From: Bacteroidaceae bacterium
GTDB lineage: Bacteria > Bacteroidota > Bacteroidia > Bacteroidales > Bacteroidaceae
Reading direction: 5' to 3'
NCBI GenBank assembly: GCA_045644465.1
Contig: JAZRGV010000006.1
Location: 63,339 to 127,338, forward strand
Length of the DNA: 64,000 bases
Under the pieces are notes generated by a model. It saw nothing but the letters and a program-made list of their open reading frames with translations. It searched no databases and was not told where the DNA came from. The number at the start of each line of letters is the position of its first letter. Position 1 is the stretch's first letter. Both the position numbers and the translations under genes were made by a program. Shown here piece by piece: positions 37,845-47,637 of this stretch.

Positions 37845-38654
37845 TTATGCTCTATTTATAATTTCGCGGAATATTGTTGTCATTCTTGGCTGTGCTTCGT
37901 CTGCGGCTTTCTGCACCTCTTCGTGGCTACATTCAACAACTGTGCCTTCAACGCCAAGGTCGGTGATTACTGAGATTCCGAAAACCCTTATACCGCAGTG
38001 ACGTGCCACTATCACTTCGGGTACGGTTGACATGCCCACGGCATCGCCGCCCATACGGTGGAACATACGGTATTCTGCCGGTGTCTCAAAGGTAGGGCCT
38101 TGTGTGCCCAGATATACGCCTTCGACAATGCGTATGCCTTTCTCTTTTGCAATTTCCTTTGCTTTGGCAATAAGTTCTTTGTCGTAAGCTGCACTCATGT
38201 CGGGAAATCTGTCGCCGTAAGGGATATTCTTGCCACGTAACGGGTGCTCGGGGAAAAAGTTGATGTGGTCATTTATTATCATCAGATCTCCGATGATAAA
38301 ATTGGGATTCATGCCGCCTGCCGCGTTTGAGACGAAAAGAGTCTCTATACCCAATTCGCGCATCACGCGTACGGGGAATGTTACCTCTTTCATTGAATAT
38401 CCTTCATAAAAGTGGAATCGTCCCTGCATTGCCATAATCTCCTTTTCTCCCAATTTTCCGAATATAAGCTTGCCGGAATGTCCTTCAACGGTTGAGAGAG
38501 GAAAGTTCGGAATATCTTTGTATTCAATCTCATACTTGTCGGTTATCTCGTTTACAAGGCTACCGAGTCCTGTGCCTAGTATAATTGCGGTCTTTGGCTC
38601 GGTCCTCATCTTCCCTTTTAGGAATTCAGCGGTTTCTTGAATTCTCTGTAACAT
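37845..38654 (-). CDS. purine nucleoside phosphorylase (inosine/guanosine type, PNP family 1)
   Basis: 269 aa: [54 protein letters not shown]. Confidence 0.9.
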   Translation of the reverse strand: MLQRIQETAEFLKGKMRTEPKTAIILGTGLGSLVNEITDKYEIEYKDIPNFPLSTVEGHSGKLIFGKLGEKEIMAMQGRFHFYEGYSMKEVTFPVRVMRELGIETLFVSNAAGGMNPNFIIGDLMIINDHINFFPEHPLRGKNIPYGDRFPDMSAAYDKELIAKAKEIAKEKGIRIVEGVYLGTQGPTFETPAEYRMFHRMGGDAVGMSTVPEVIVARHCGIRVFGISVITDLGVEGTVVECSHEEVQKAADEAQPRMTTIFREIINRA

Positions 38655-39693
38655 AGTCCAGTATTATTTTATTAAACAATTCCTTTTCATTCAATATATC
38701 AACCTCAATAGGCAATACGTATATATTTTCTTTCACTACTTGTGGCGTGCCTGGGTGTTGTAATATCCTGGCAGCATCCTTTTCGGTAGTGATTATGATT
38801 TTATCTTCATTCTCAATATTGTTGTATTGTTGCTCTAATTTTTTTAGGTCGTTTATCGTGAAATTGTGATGGTCGGCATATCTCATGGCTATTGTTTTGC
38901 CAAACCTCCTTTCAATCTCATGTCCCAGCGGCTCCGGATGTGCTATTCCTGTAACAACAAGCACTTCGGTGTCTGCTGTGGCTTTTTTTGTAGAACACCT
39001 GAATAACGGATAAAGTTCTCCATATTGCATTCGGGAAAAAAATACCGGGATATCCTTAATCTCTTTTATATAATTTTGGCAAAACTCCTTCTGTGCATCC
39101 GTAATGTTGTCGCATTTTGTTATAATGACAATGTCGGCACGTCTTATTCCCTTATCGCTTTCGCGCATGTGGCCGAAAGGCAGAATGCAGTCCTGCCATA
39201 TGGGGTTTGTACTGTCTATCAACACTATGTTCATTCCTGCTTTTACGTGGCGGTGCTGGAATGCATCGTCGAGTAAAATCACCTTCGTCTCATTAAGCTC
39301 CTTACAGATATTCTCAATTCCTGCAACCCTCTTTTCGCATACTGCTACATTTATGTTGGGGAACTTGTTCTTTATCTGTAGTGGCTCGTCGCCTATTATC
39401 TCGGCTGTTGCGTTGTTATTGGCGAGGATATATCCTTTACTTTTGCGTCCGTAGCCTCTGCTTAACACAGCTATCTTGAATTTATCCTTTAGTAGTCGTA
39501 TAAGATATTCTGTGTGTGGCGTTTTTCCTGTTCCGCCTACCGATATGTTTCCTATGCATATTGTGGGAGTTTCAAATTTATGGCTTTTTATCAGGCCATA
39601 GTCGAACAGCCTGTTTCTTATTGCGGTAATCCAACAATATGGATTTATGATATCGCACAATTCTTTGAGTAAACCACGTTTTTTTTCAATCAT
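38626..39693 (-). CDS. lpxK: tetraacyldisaccharide 4'-kinase
   Basis: P-loop [12 protein letters not shown], then ..[15 protein letters not shown]. Confidence 0.9.
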   Translation of the reverse strand: MIEKKRGLLKELCDIINPYCWITAIRNRLFDYGLIKSHKFETPTICIGNISVGGTGKTPHTEYLIRLLKDKFKIAVLSRGYGRKSKGYILANNNATAEIIGDEPLQIKNKFPNINVAVCEKRVAGIENICKELNETKVILLDDAFQHRHVKAGMNIVLIDSTNPIWQDCILPFGHMRESDKGIRRADIVIITKCDNITDAQKEFCQNYIKEIKDIPVFFSRMQYGELYPLFRCSTKKATADTEVLVVTGIAHPEPLGHEIERRFGKTIAMRYADHHNFTINDLKKLEQQYNNIENEDKIIITTEKDAARILQHPGTPQVVKENIYVLPIEVDILNEKELFNKIILDYVTENSRNR

Positions 39694-39952
39694 ACAAGGT
39701 GTGGGCGATTGCTTTATGCAAAAGTAAATAATTTATTTGGTTTGCTGCGTAAACTTTCCCGCCTGTTTTGGTTTTTTAAACATTTCAAATGTTAAAAAAT
39801 CTTATAATTGGCAAAATCTGCCTTTTGTTGCAATCATTTTGTAATAAAAGTTTAATGATTTGAAAAAAAAAATTACTTTTGCCGTGAAATAGAGTGCGGT
39901 TTCGCAAAAAAAGTTGTAACTTGCACCCCGATTAGCTATTGACTGCTTTTAA

Positions 39953-40040
39953 GGAAAGATGCTCGAGTGGTTGAAGAGGCACGCCTGGAAAGCGTGTATA
40001 CGTCAAAAGCGTATCGGGGGTTCGAATCCCCCTCTTTCCG
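39953..40040 (+). tRNA. tRNA-Ser (anticodon GGA), class II with long variable arm
   Basis: Folded by hand. Acceptor ggaaaga/tctttcc. Anticodon stem cacgc/gcgtg with loop ctGGAaa. Variable arm atacg/cgtat. T-arm ggggg ttcgaat ccccc. Discriminator g. No encoded CCA. Confidence 0.9.
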
Positions 40041-40090
40041 CTATGATTGAATGAATTAACTTAAAATACTAATTTTAAAAATTACACACA

Positions 40091-40894
40091 ATGAAAAAAC
40101 TTTTTGCAATCGTTGCAGTGTTGGGTATGTTTACATTTGGTGCAACCCAAGCTTACGCTCAGGAGGCTGCAGAGTCTGCTCCTGTTGAAACAGTAGAACA
40201 AGAAGAGGCAGTAGAGGAAGCTCCTGCTGCAGAGGCTCCAGTTGCGGCTGTTGAGTCTGTAGGTGTTCATAAGGCTCTTAAGACTAAGTTTATTGAAGGC
40301 GGTGCCGAGTTCATGGCATTGGTAGCTGTAGCTATGGTTATCGGTCTTGCATTCTGCGTAGAGCGTATCATCTACTTGAGCATGGCTAAGGTAAATACAA
40401 AGAAGCTTATGGAGGCTATTGCTGAGGCTCTTTCAAACAAAGACGTTGAGGGTGCAAAGAACATTTGCCGCAACACAGCTGGTCCTGTTGCTTCTATCTG
40501 CTATCAGGGTCTTCTCCGTATCGACGAGGGTCTTGAAACTGTAGAGCGTACAATCGTTTCTTATGGTAGCCTTCAGTCTTCAAACCTTGAGAAGGGTTGT
40601 TCATGGATCACATTGTTCATCGCGATGGCTCCATCACTCGGATTCTTGGGTACTGTGATCGGTATGGTTATGTCATTCGACGAAATCCAGCAGAAGGGTG
40701 ATATCTCTCCAACTATCGTTGCCGGTGGTATGAAGGTGGCCCTTATTACAACTATCTATGGTATTATCGTTGCTCTTGTTCTTCAGGTGTTCTACAACTT
40801 CATCTTGACCAAGATTGAGTCAATTGTTGCAGACATGGAGGATAGTTCAATCACACTTCTCGACCTTTTGACAAAATTCAACCTCAAGAAGTAA
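40091..40894 (+). CDS. exbB: MotA/TolQ/ExbB proton-channel family protein
   Basis: 267 aa. Signal peptide, then an acidic Ala/Glu-rich segment, then 3 TM helices with ..APSLGFLGTVIGMV.. Confidence 0.85.
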   Translation: MKKLFAIVAVLGMFTFGATQAYAQEAAESAPVETVEQEEAVEEAPAAEAPVAAVESVGVHKALKTKFIEGGAEFMALVAVAMVIGLAFCVERIIYLSMAKVNTKKLMEAIAEALSNKDVEGAKNICRNTAGPVASICYQGLLRIDEGLETVERTIVSYGSLQSSNLEKGCSWITLFIAMAPSLGFLGTVIGMVMSFDEIQQKGDISPTIVAGGMKVALITTIYGIIVALVLQVFYNFILTKIESIVADMEDSSITLLDLLTKFNLKK

Positions 40895-40919
40895 TAACAG
40901 CTAAATAAATTTATATATT

Positions 40920-41423
40920 ATGAATGCTGATATTTGTTCAAAAGTTTCAAAAATTGCTTTCTACGTAGCAATGGCGGCTTCTATAGCTCTCATTGTATTG
41001 TTCTTTGGCGTAGGATTCAATAATGTTGAAACTATAAATAATAACGACATGCGTGCGCCAATGTTTACTGACGCATTGCTGTATTGGATATATGCTTTGA
41101 CAGGAATTGCAGTTGTGCTTGTACTTGTCTTCAGCCTTATATCTTTTGCTAAGAATTTCAAAGACAGCCCTATTGGTGCTGTGAAAGGTCTTTTGGGTGT
41201 ATTGTTGTTGGTAGTTCTTTTTGGAATTGCTTACGCACTTGCTTCAGATGATCCAATCTTTGTTAACGGTAAGCAACTTGCGGATTCAGACGGTAATCCT
41301 ATTGCTGCTTCATCTTATATTTTGACCGACGTTTTGATTTATGTTCAGTATGCTCTCGGTGCTGCTTGTGCTTTGGCTACAGCATTCAGCTTGCTCAACA
41401 TCTCAAAGCCGGTGAAGAAATAA
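40920..41423 (+). CDS. hypothetical 4-TM membrane protein within the ExbB/ExbD cluster
   Basis: 167 aa, hydrophobic. Located between exbB and exbD. Confidence 0.6.
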   Translation: MNADICSKVSKIAFYVAMAASIALIVLFFGVGFNNVETINNNDMRAPMFTDALLYWIYALTGIAVVLVLVFSLISFAKNFKDSPIGAVKGLLGVLLLVVLFGIAYALASDDPIFVNGKQLADSDGNPIAASSYILTDVLIYVQYALGAACALATAFSLLNISKPVKK

Positions 41424-41445
41424 TAAATGAATAAAAGGTAACAAA

Positions 41446-42084
41446 ATGGGAAAAGGTAAAAGAAAAGTTCCGGGAATTAACGCCAGCTCAACGGCCGATA
41501 TCTCGTTCATTTTGCTCATCTTTTTCTTGGTCGTGACTTCAATGAACTCATCTACGGGTTTGAACGTACGTTTGCCGGAGCCTCCTGAGGACGAAGATCT
41601 TCAGAATCCTCCTAAGATTAAAAAACGTAACAGCCTGATAGTATTGGTTAACATGGATAATGACATCATGATTACTCAGGGTGAGAGAAAACCTTATTTG
41701 ATTGAGTTGTCAGAATTGCGTCAGTTGGTTAAGGACTTTATCTCTAACAGCGAGAATCGTGCCGATTATCCCGAGAAGCATGCCGAAGATGTAGTGTTCG
41801 AGGACGGTGGTACAGAGCATGTGCTCCCCAGCGGACGTCAGCAAAATATTACAAGCAAACACGTAATCTCTTTGCAGACCGACCGTGGTACAAATTACAA
41901 TACATATTTTGAGGTGTCTAACGAGTTGTATGCTGCTTATGATGAGTTGCGCGATGAGTTGGCACGTCAGGAGTATGGTAAGCCTTATAAAGATTTGGAT
42001 GCGACTCAGCAGATGTTGTGTCGTCTATATTACAAGACAATGATTTCAGAGGCTGAGCCTCGTTCTATTGGTGGAGGAATGTAA
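41446..42084 (+). CDS. exbD: ExbD/TolR family biopolymer transport protein
   Basis: 212 aa with the typical N-terminus INASSTADISFILLIFFLV. Confidence 0.8.
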   Translation: MGKGKRKVPGINASSTADISFILLIFFLVVTSMNSSTGLNVRLPEPPEDEDLQNPPKIKKRNSLIVLVNMDNDIMITQGERKPYLIELSELRQLVKDFISNSENRADYPEKHAEDVVFEDGGTEHVLPSGRQQNITSKHVISLQTDRGTNYNTYFEVSNELYAAYDELRDELARQEYGKPYKDLDATQQMLCRLYYKTMISEAEPRSIGGGM

Positions 42085-42086
42085 TT

Positions 42087-42557
42087 ATGAGTAAGTTTAA
42101 TGATAAAGGAAAGGCAGAAATGCCTGAGTTGAATACCTCGTCACTTCCTGACTTGATCTTCTCTATCCTCTTCTTCTTTATGATTGTAACATCAATGCGT
42201 GAGGAGGAGGTAAAGGTTGAATATACTTTGCCAAAGGGAACAAACTTGTCTAAGATAGAGCGTAAGACTGCTGTTGTAAATATCCATATCGGTTCACCTT
42301 CAAGACAATACGTTTCGCAGTTGGGTTCAAGTGCACGTATTCAGTTGAACGACCGTTTTGCTAACGTTAAGGAAGTTGCTCCTTTCGTTGTCAATGAGCG
42401 TTCATTGATGCGCCAGGCCGACCAGGCTGTGATGAAGGTTGCTCTTAAGACCGACCAGAATGTGCGAATGGGTATCATAACCGACGTGAAGATGGAGCTA
42501 CGTAAAGCTCGTGCATTGTCGCTTATGTATTCGGCAGATGAAAGAAACAAACAGTAA
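42087..42557 (+). CDS. exbD: ExbD/TolR family biopolymer transport protein
   Basis: 156 aa: LNTSSLPDLIFSILFFFMIV. Confidence 0.8.
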   Translation: MSKFNDKGKAEMPELNTSSLPDLIFSILFFFMIVTSMREEEVKVEYTLPKGTNLSKIERKTAVVNIHIGSPSRQYVSQLGSSARIQLNDRFANVKEVAPFVVNERSLMRQADQAVMKVALKTDQNVRMGIITDVKMELRKARALSLMYSADERNKQ

Positions 42558-42571
42558 TAAATGCTGCATAT

Positions 42572-42611
42572 AAAAGAAATGCCGCAACCTCAGGGTTGCG
42601 GCATTTCTTTT
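42572..42611. terminator. bidirectional rho-independent terminator
   Basis: aaaagaaatgccgcaacc tcag ggttgcggcatttctttt forms a perfect 18-bp stem with a 4-nt loop between convergent exbD and folA. Confidence 0.85.
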
Positions 42612-42625
42612 ATTGTATTACAACG

Positions 42626-43123
42626 TTATTTTGTGCGTTTTAGGTAAGTGACGAAGCGGTACTCGTAATCGTGTTTTTCGTCTTTTTCATGCGCTTCATT
42701 CTCGATTACCTCCCATTCGCTTTTTGTGAATTCCGGGAAAAAGGCATCTGCGTTTTCGGGGGTATCGTTTATCTCTGTAAGGCATAGTATGTCGGCGAAA
42801 GGTATAGCAGTCTTGTAAAGCATCTCTCCGCCAATGATATATACAATATCCTCATTCTTGCAGTTTGCAAGAGCCTCTTCCAGCGATTTGAACGTCTCGG
42901 TACCAGGGAATTCTGTCTCCTTGCGCGAGAGTACAATGTTTCTGCGGTTGGGTAGTGCACCTTTGGGTAGCGAACGGAATGTGTTGCTGCCCATAATGAT
43001 GGTGTGTCCTGTTGTCAGCTCCTTAAAGCGCTTGAGGTCGTTAGGCAACCAATATATCAGCTTGTTGCCTATTCCAATTGCATTGTTCTTTGCGATTGCT
43101 GCTATGAGTGCTATCTTTTGCAT
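42626..43123 (-). CDS. folA: dihydrofolate reductase
   Basis: 165 aa: IAAIAKNNAIG..LIYWLPNDLKRFKELTTGHTIIMG..TF. Confidence 0.9.
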   Translation of the reverse strand: MQKIALIAAIAKNNAIGIGNKLIYWLPNDLKRFKELTTGHTIIMGSNTFRSLPKGALPNRRNIVLSRKETEFPGTETFKSLEEALANCKNEDIVYIIGGEMLYKTAIPFADILCLTEINDTPENADAFFPEFTKSEWEVIENEAHEKDEKHDYEYRFVTYLKRTK

Positions 43124-43128
43124 GTTTC

Positions 43129-43923
43129 TTATACGGCTACTACGCCTTTGATGTGTGGGTGTGCATCGTAGTTCTCAAGAGTGAAATCCTCGAACTTGAA
43201 CGAGAAAATGTCTTTTATCTCGGGGTTTATAGCCATTGTAGGCAGTTTCTTTGGCTCGCGTGTGAGCTGCAGTTTTACCTGCTCTATATGGTTGAGGTAT
43301 ATATGTGCATCTCCAAGCGTGTGAATGAATTCGCCGGGTTTGAGCCCTGTGACTTGTGCCATCATCAACAGCAGCAACGAGTACGAAGCAATGTTGAATG
43401 GAACGCCAAGGAAACAGTCTGCGCTACGTTGGTATAGCTGCAGGCTTAGTTTGCCGTCTGCTACATAGAATTGGAACATGGCATGGCATGGGGGCAGATT
43501 CATGTTCTTTATGTCTGCTACATTCCATGCATTTACGATGATGCGTCGCGAATCGGGATTGTTCTTTATCGTTTCAACAACTTCTTTTATCTGGTCAATA
43601 TGTTCTCCGTCATATCCCGGCCAAGAACGCCATTGATAGCCATATATGTGTCCCAAATCGCCGTTTTCGTCGGCCCATTCGTTCCATATTCTCACTCCGT
43701 TGTCCTGCAGATATTTCACGTTGGTATCACCATTGAGGAACCATAGCAATTCGTGGATGATTGATTTAAGGTGCAGCTTCTTTGTCGTAAGGCATGGAAA
43801 ACCCTCTTCAAGGTTGAAGCGCATCTGATGACCAAAAACACTCAAGGTTCCGGTGCCGGTGCGGTCTTCTTTCTTCGCACCCTCTGTGATGATTCTGTTG
43901 AGCAGATCAAGGTATTGTTTCAT
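43129..43923 (-). CDS. thyA: thymidylate synthase
   Basis: 264 aa: [29 protein letters not shown], ending in AV. Confidence 0.95.
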   Translation of the reverse strand: MKQYLDLLNRIITEGAKKEDRTGTGTLSVFGHQMRFNLEEGFPCLTTKKLHLKSIIHELLWFLNGDTNVKYLQDNGVRIWNEWADENGDLGHIYGYQWRSWPGYDGEHIDQIKEVVETIKNNPDSRRIIVNAWNVADIKNMNLPPCHAMFQFYVADGKLSLQLYQRSADCFLGVPFNIASYSLLLLMMAQVTGLKPGEFIHTLGDAHIYLNHIEQVKLQLTREPKKLPTMAINPEIKDIFSFKFEDFTLENYDAHPHIKGVVAV

Positions 43924-44134
43924 ATTTCTGTAGCTTTTTCTAAATAATATGCAAATATATAATTTCGCTTTTTTTTTTCCTAACGAAAAGGGGTTTTAAT
44001 CTTGTTTTTGTCTTGTGTAAATATTCAAATACTTTTTATTGGTTAAATTTAATTATTATTTATAATAAATATTGCTGTCGTGAATGAGATTACCACATAA
44101 AAATACTATATTTGCAAATTAGGAAAAGTATGTA

Positions 44135-45502
44135 ATGTTTTCTGTAATGAAACTGAATGCTGATTTTGTAAAAAGAACAGAGGCTCTTTTCGGAAAAGAC
44201 GTCTATGCTCGTTTTATGCAGGCGCTCGAAGTGGAGCCTGTTGTAAGTGTTCGTTATAATGAACTGAAAACAGCGTCGAACGATGAATGCAGGATGGTGC
44301 CTTGGGCTGCCTGCGGACGTTACCTTGAGTCGCGTCCTGTTTTTACGGCCGACCCACTTTTTCATGCCGGTTGCTATTATGTGCAAGAGGCCTCTTCCAT
44401 GTTCGTGGAGCAGGTAATAAAACAGTATGTCCACGAGCCGGTACGAGCTCTTGACCTGTGCGCTGCTCCCGGTGGAAAGTCAACTCACTTGCTCTCGGTA
44501 TTGCCGCACGGCAGTATGCTCGTTTCCAACGAACCGATGCCCTTGCGTGCACAGATATTGGCTGAAAATGTTACCAAATGGGGACATCCTGCATCTATGG
44601 TAACAAAGAATATGCCTGCCGATTTTGCCCCTTTTAGGGAGTTCTTCGACTTTATGCTGGTAGATGCTCCATGCTCGGGCGAGGGTATGTTCCGAAAAGA
44701 GCCAAAGGCAGTAGAGCAGTGGAGTGTTTCGAATGTGCAGATGTGTGCCGACCGTCAGAAGGAGATACTTGCCGATATATGGCCTTCGTTGCGTCCCGGT
44801 GGTTTGTTGGTATATAGCACATGTACCTACAACAGTGAAGAGAACGAACAGAACGTTTCTTGGATAGCCGAAGAGCTTGGAGCAGAGGTCCTCGAACTGA
44901 ATGTTCCTGAAGATTGGGGGGTAACAGGCTCATTGTATGGTGATAAAATGCCGGTTTATCGTTTTATACCCGGTATTGCCCAGGGTGAAGGTTTCTTCCT
45001 GGCAGTGTTGAGAAAGAATGGCGATGGCGCGTTGGTGCAACCACGTCAGCCACGCTGGCAGCAGGCACCGGCAAAAATAAGAGCCGAAGTTGAAAAATAT
45101 CTGCTTAATCCCGAATATTTCAATTTTGTTCAGGATGGCGATACTATAACAGCGATGCCCAAGGAGCATACAGCGGCAATGGTTGCCCTGCAGCAAAAGA
45201 TGTGCGTACTGCATTGTGGCTTGCCTGTTGCTACGGTGAAGAACAATAAACTGTTGCCCATACATCCGTTGGCAATGAGTACTGCTTTGCGCAAGGAGGC
45301 ATTCAATGTGGTGGAACTGGAACTCGACCAGGCTTTGATGTATCTGCATCGCGAAACCTTGTCGTTGCAATCCCAGCCTGTTGGCTATCTCTTGCTTACA
45401 TACAAGGGAGTACCCATAGGTTTTGCAAAGAATGTCGGCAATAGGGCAAACAATCTCTACCCGACAGAATGGAGAATACGTAAGAACTTAGTTGATTTAT
45501 AA
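44135..45502 (+). CDS. rRNA cytosine-C5-methyltransferase, RsmB/RsmF (NOL1/NOP2/Sun) family
   Basis: DLCAAPGGKSTHL..DAPCSGEGMFRK..YSTCT, plus the RsmF-type C-terminal domain. The start could instead be ATG 44147. Confidence 0.85.
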   Translation: MFSVMKLNADFVKRTEALFGKDVYARFMQALEVEPVVSVRYNELKTASNDECRMVPWAACGRYLESRPVFTADPLFHAGCYYVQEASSMFVEQVIKQYVHEPVRALDLCAAPGGKSTHLLSVLPHGSMLVSNEPMPLRAQILAENVTKWGHPASMVTKNMPADFAPFREFFDFMLVDAPCSGEGMFRKEPKAVEQWSVSNVQMCADRQKEILADIWPSLRPGGLLVYSTCTYNSEENEQNVSWIAEELGAEVLELNVPEDWGVTGSLYGDKMPVYRFIPGIAQGEGFFLAVLRKNGDGALVQPRQPRWQQAPAKIRAEVEKYLLNPEYFNFVQDGDTITAMPKEHTAAMVALQQKMCVLHCGLPVATVKNNKLLPIHPLAMSTALRKEAFNVVELELDQALMYLHRETLSLQSQPVGYLLLTYKGVPIGFAKNVGNRANNLYPTEWRIRKNLVDL

Positions 45503-45519
45503 TTAAAACTAAATATCAA

Positions 45520-47619
45520 ATGAAAAAGATTTTATTGTCGTTGATGTTGCTCATCGCAACATTGAACTCAAGTGCTCAATTTGGAAATTTTGAGCCTGTG
45601 ACTTTTGAAGAGACTGTAGCTGTTAATGGTGCAGACGGAACTATTGAATTCGAGGCGTATATCGAGTCGGGTTATCATCTCTATTCTACCAACATTCCCG
45701 AGGGTGGTCCAACCCCAATGGAGGTTACATACAGCGTGGTAGAGGGCGCTGAAGTTGTTGGCGAACTTATCCCCGGAGAAGGTGCTGTAACCGAGATGGA
45801 CCCTATGTTCGAGATGATGGTTACACATTTCAGTGAAACAGCCGTTTTCACCCAGAAAGTGAAATTCCTCGGTGGAAAATACCGTATCAAAGGAACTTTG
45901 CGTTTCCAGTCGTGCAGCGATTCAAACTGTGTTCCAGGACGTTATGATTTCGACATAACAGGTGAGACAGTTGTTGAGAAACCTGTTGTAAAGGAGGTTG
46001 CAAAGCCTGCAGCACCAGCTGTAAAGAAAGAAGAGAAACCTGCTGCTCAGCCCAAGAGCGAACCGGCAAAGCCTGCAAAGAAGGCTGAAGAGCCCGCACC
46101 TGTGAAAACCGAGGTGGCTGCTCCTGTTGTTGAGGAAAAAGTAGAAGAGCCTGCTGTTGTTGCTGTTGAAAGCAATGAGCCAAAGTCTTCTATTTGGGAG
46201 CCTGTTGTCGATAAGATTGCGTTGCAGAACGAGGCTGAGGAAACCGGTAACCGTTCTATTTGGATTACATTCATCCTTGGTTTCGGTGGTGGTCTTTTGG
46301 CATTGCTCACCCCATGTGTGTGGCCAATTATCCCAATGACCGTAAGTTTCTTCCTGAAGCGCTCTAAAGGACGTAAGCAGGCAGTACGCGAGGCGTTGAT
46401 TTATGGTGCATCAATCATTGTGATATATCTTGTTCTTGGCTTGGCGGTAACACTCATCTTTGGCGCAGGAGCATTGAATGCACTTTCAACAAATGCAATA
46501 TTCAACATCATATTCTGTTTGATGCTGCTCATCTTCGGTGCTTCGTTCTTGGGTGGTTTTGAGATTACATTGCCATCGTCATGGACAAACAAGATTGACG
46601 AGAAAGCAGGAAACACAAGCGGCTTGTTGAGTATCTTCTTTATGGCGTTTACCCTTACATTGGTATCGTTCTCTTGTACAGGTCCTATCATCGGATTCCT
46701 CTTGGTAGAGGTATCTACATCGGGTGAGATTTTTGGTCCTGCAGTGGGTATGTTGGGCTTCGCGCTTGCATTGGCATTGCCATTCACATTGTTTGCGCTC
46801 TTCCCATCGTTGTTGAAGCAGACTCCACGCTCAGGTAGCTGGATGAATACCATTAAGGTTGTTCTTGGCTTTGTTGAGATTGCTTTTGCCTTGAAGTTCT
46901 TCTCTGTTGCCGACTTGTCATACCACTGGGGATTGCTCGACCGCGAGACATTCCTTGCTTTGTGGATTGCATTGTTTGCAATATTGGGCTTGTATCTCTT
47001 GAAGATTATACACTTGCCACATGACGACGAAAGCGACAAGAAAGCATCGGTGCCAGGTTTCTTTATGGGTTTGGTGTCATTCGCTTTTGCAATTTATATG
47101 ATACCCGGTTTGTGGGGTGCTCCATGTAAGGCAATCAGTGCATTTGCACCACCTATGAGTACTCAGGACTTCAGCTTGTACGATAACAGTTTCCATCCTC
47201 ATGTCGATGACTATGAGCTTGCTCTCGAGATGGGACGTCGTGAGGGAAAACCTGTGTTGCTCGATTTTACAGGTCACGGTTGTGTGAACTGCCGTAATAT
47301 GGAGGCATCGGTATGGAGCGACGACCGTGTGATAGACATCATGCGCGAGGACTACATCGTAGCATCGTTGTATGTCGATGACAGAACACCGCTTGCCAAG
47401 CCTTTCGAGGTAGAGGTTAACGGCAAGAAGATGATGCTTGAGACAGTAGGCGACAAGTGGACATACCTTCAGGGACATCGTTTCGGTGCCAATGCACAGC
47501 CATTCTATGTATTGGTAGATGCCGATGGTAATCCTCTTTGTGGCTCATATTCATTCAACCTTGATGTTGATGCCTATATTGATTTCCTTGAGAAGGGTTT
47601 GAAGAAATTTGACAAATAA
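45520..47619 (+). CDS. dsbD: DsbD-family protein-disulfide reductase (N-terminal domain, Pro/Ala/Lys-rich linker, 8-TM core, C-terminal thioredoxin fold)
   Basis: 699 aa. TM-core Cys motifs LLTPCVWPIIP and SFSCTGPII. Thioredoxin motif GHGCVNCR. Confidence 0.85.
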   Translation: MKKILLSLMLLIATLNSSAQFGNFEPVTFEETVAVNGADGTIEFEAYIESGYHLYSTNIPEGGPTPMEVTYSVVEGAEVVGELIPGEGAVTEMDPMFEMMVTHFSETAVFTQKVKFLGGKYRIKGTLRFQSCSDSNCVPGRYDFDITGETVVEKPVVKEVAKPAAPAVKKEEKPAAQPKSEPAKPAKKAEEPAPVKTEVAAPVVEEKVEEPAVVAVESNEPKSSIWEPVVDKIALQNEAEETGNRSIWITFILGFGGGLLALLTPCVWPIIPMTVSFFLKRSKGRKQAVREALIYGASIIVIYLVLGLAVTLIFGAGALNALSTNAIFNIIFCLMLLIFGASFLGGFEITLPSSWTNKIDEKAGNTSGLLSIFFMAFTLTLVSFSCTGPIIGFLLVEVSTSGEIFGPAVGMLGFALALALPFTLFALFPSLLKQTPRSGSWMNTIKVVLGFVEIAFALKFFSVADLSYHWGLLDRETFLALWIALFAILGLYLLKIIHLPHDDESDKKASVPGFFMGLVSFAFAIYMIPGLWGAPCKAISAFAPPMSTQDFSLYDNSFHPHVDDYELALEMGRREGKPVLLDFTGHGCVNCRNMEASVWSDDRVIDIMREDYIVASLYVDDRTPLAKPFEVEVNGKKMMLETVGDKWTYLQGHRFGANAQPFYVLVDADGNPLCGSYSFNLDVDAYIDFLEKGLKKFDK

Positions 47620-47637
47620 CAGTAAAAAAACATAGCT

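Noticed and set aside
39953-40040. tRNA-Ser as an integration hotspot for a genomic island
   Set aside because: No integrase gene and no direct repeat of the tRNA 3' end were seen in the flanking ~5 kb. The neighbours on both sides are housekeeping genes.
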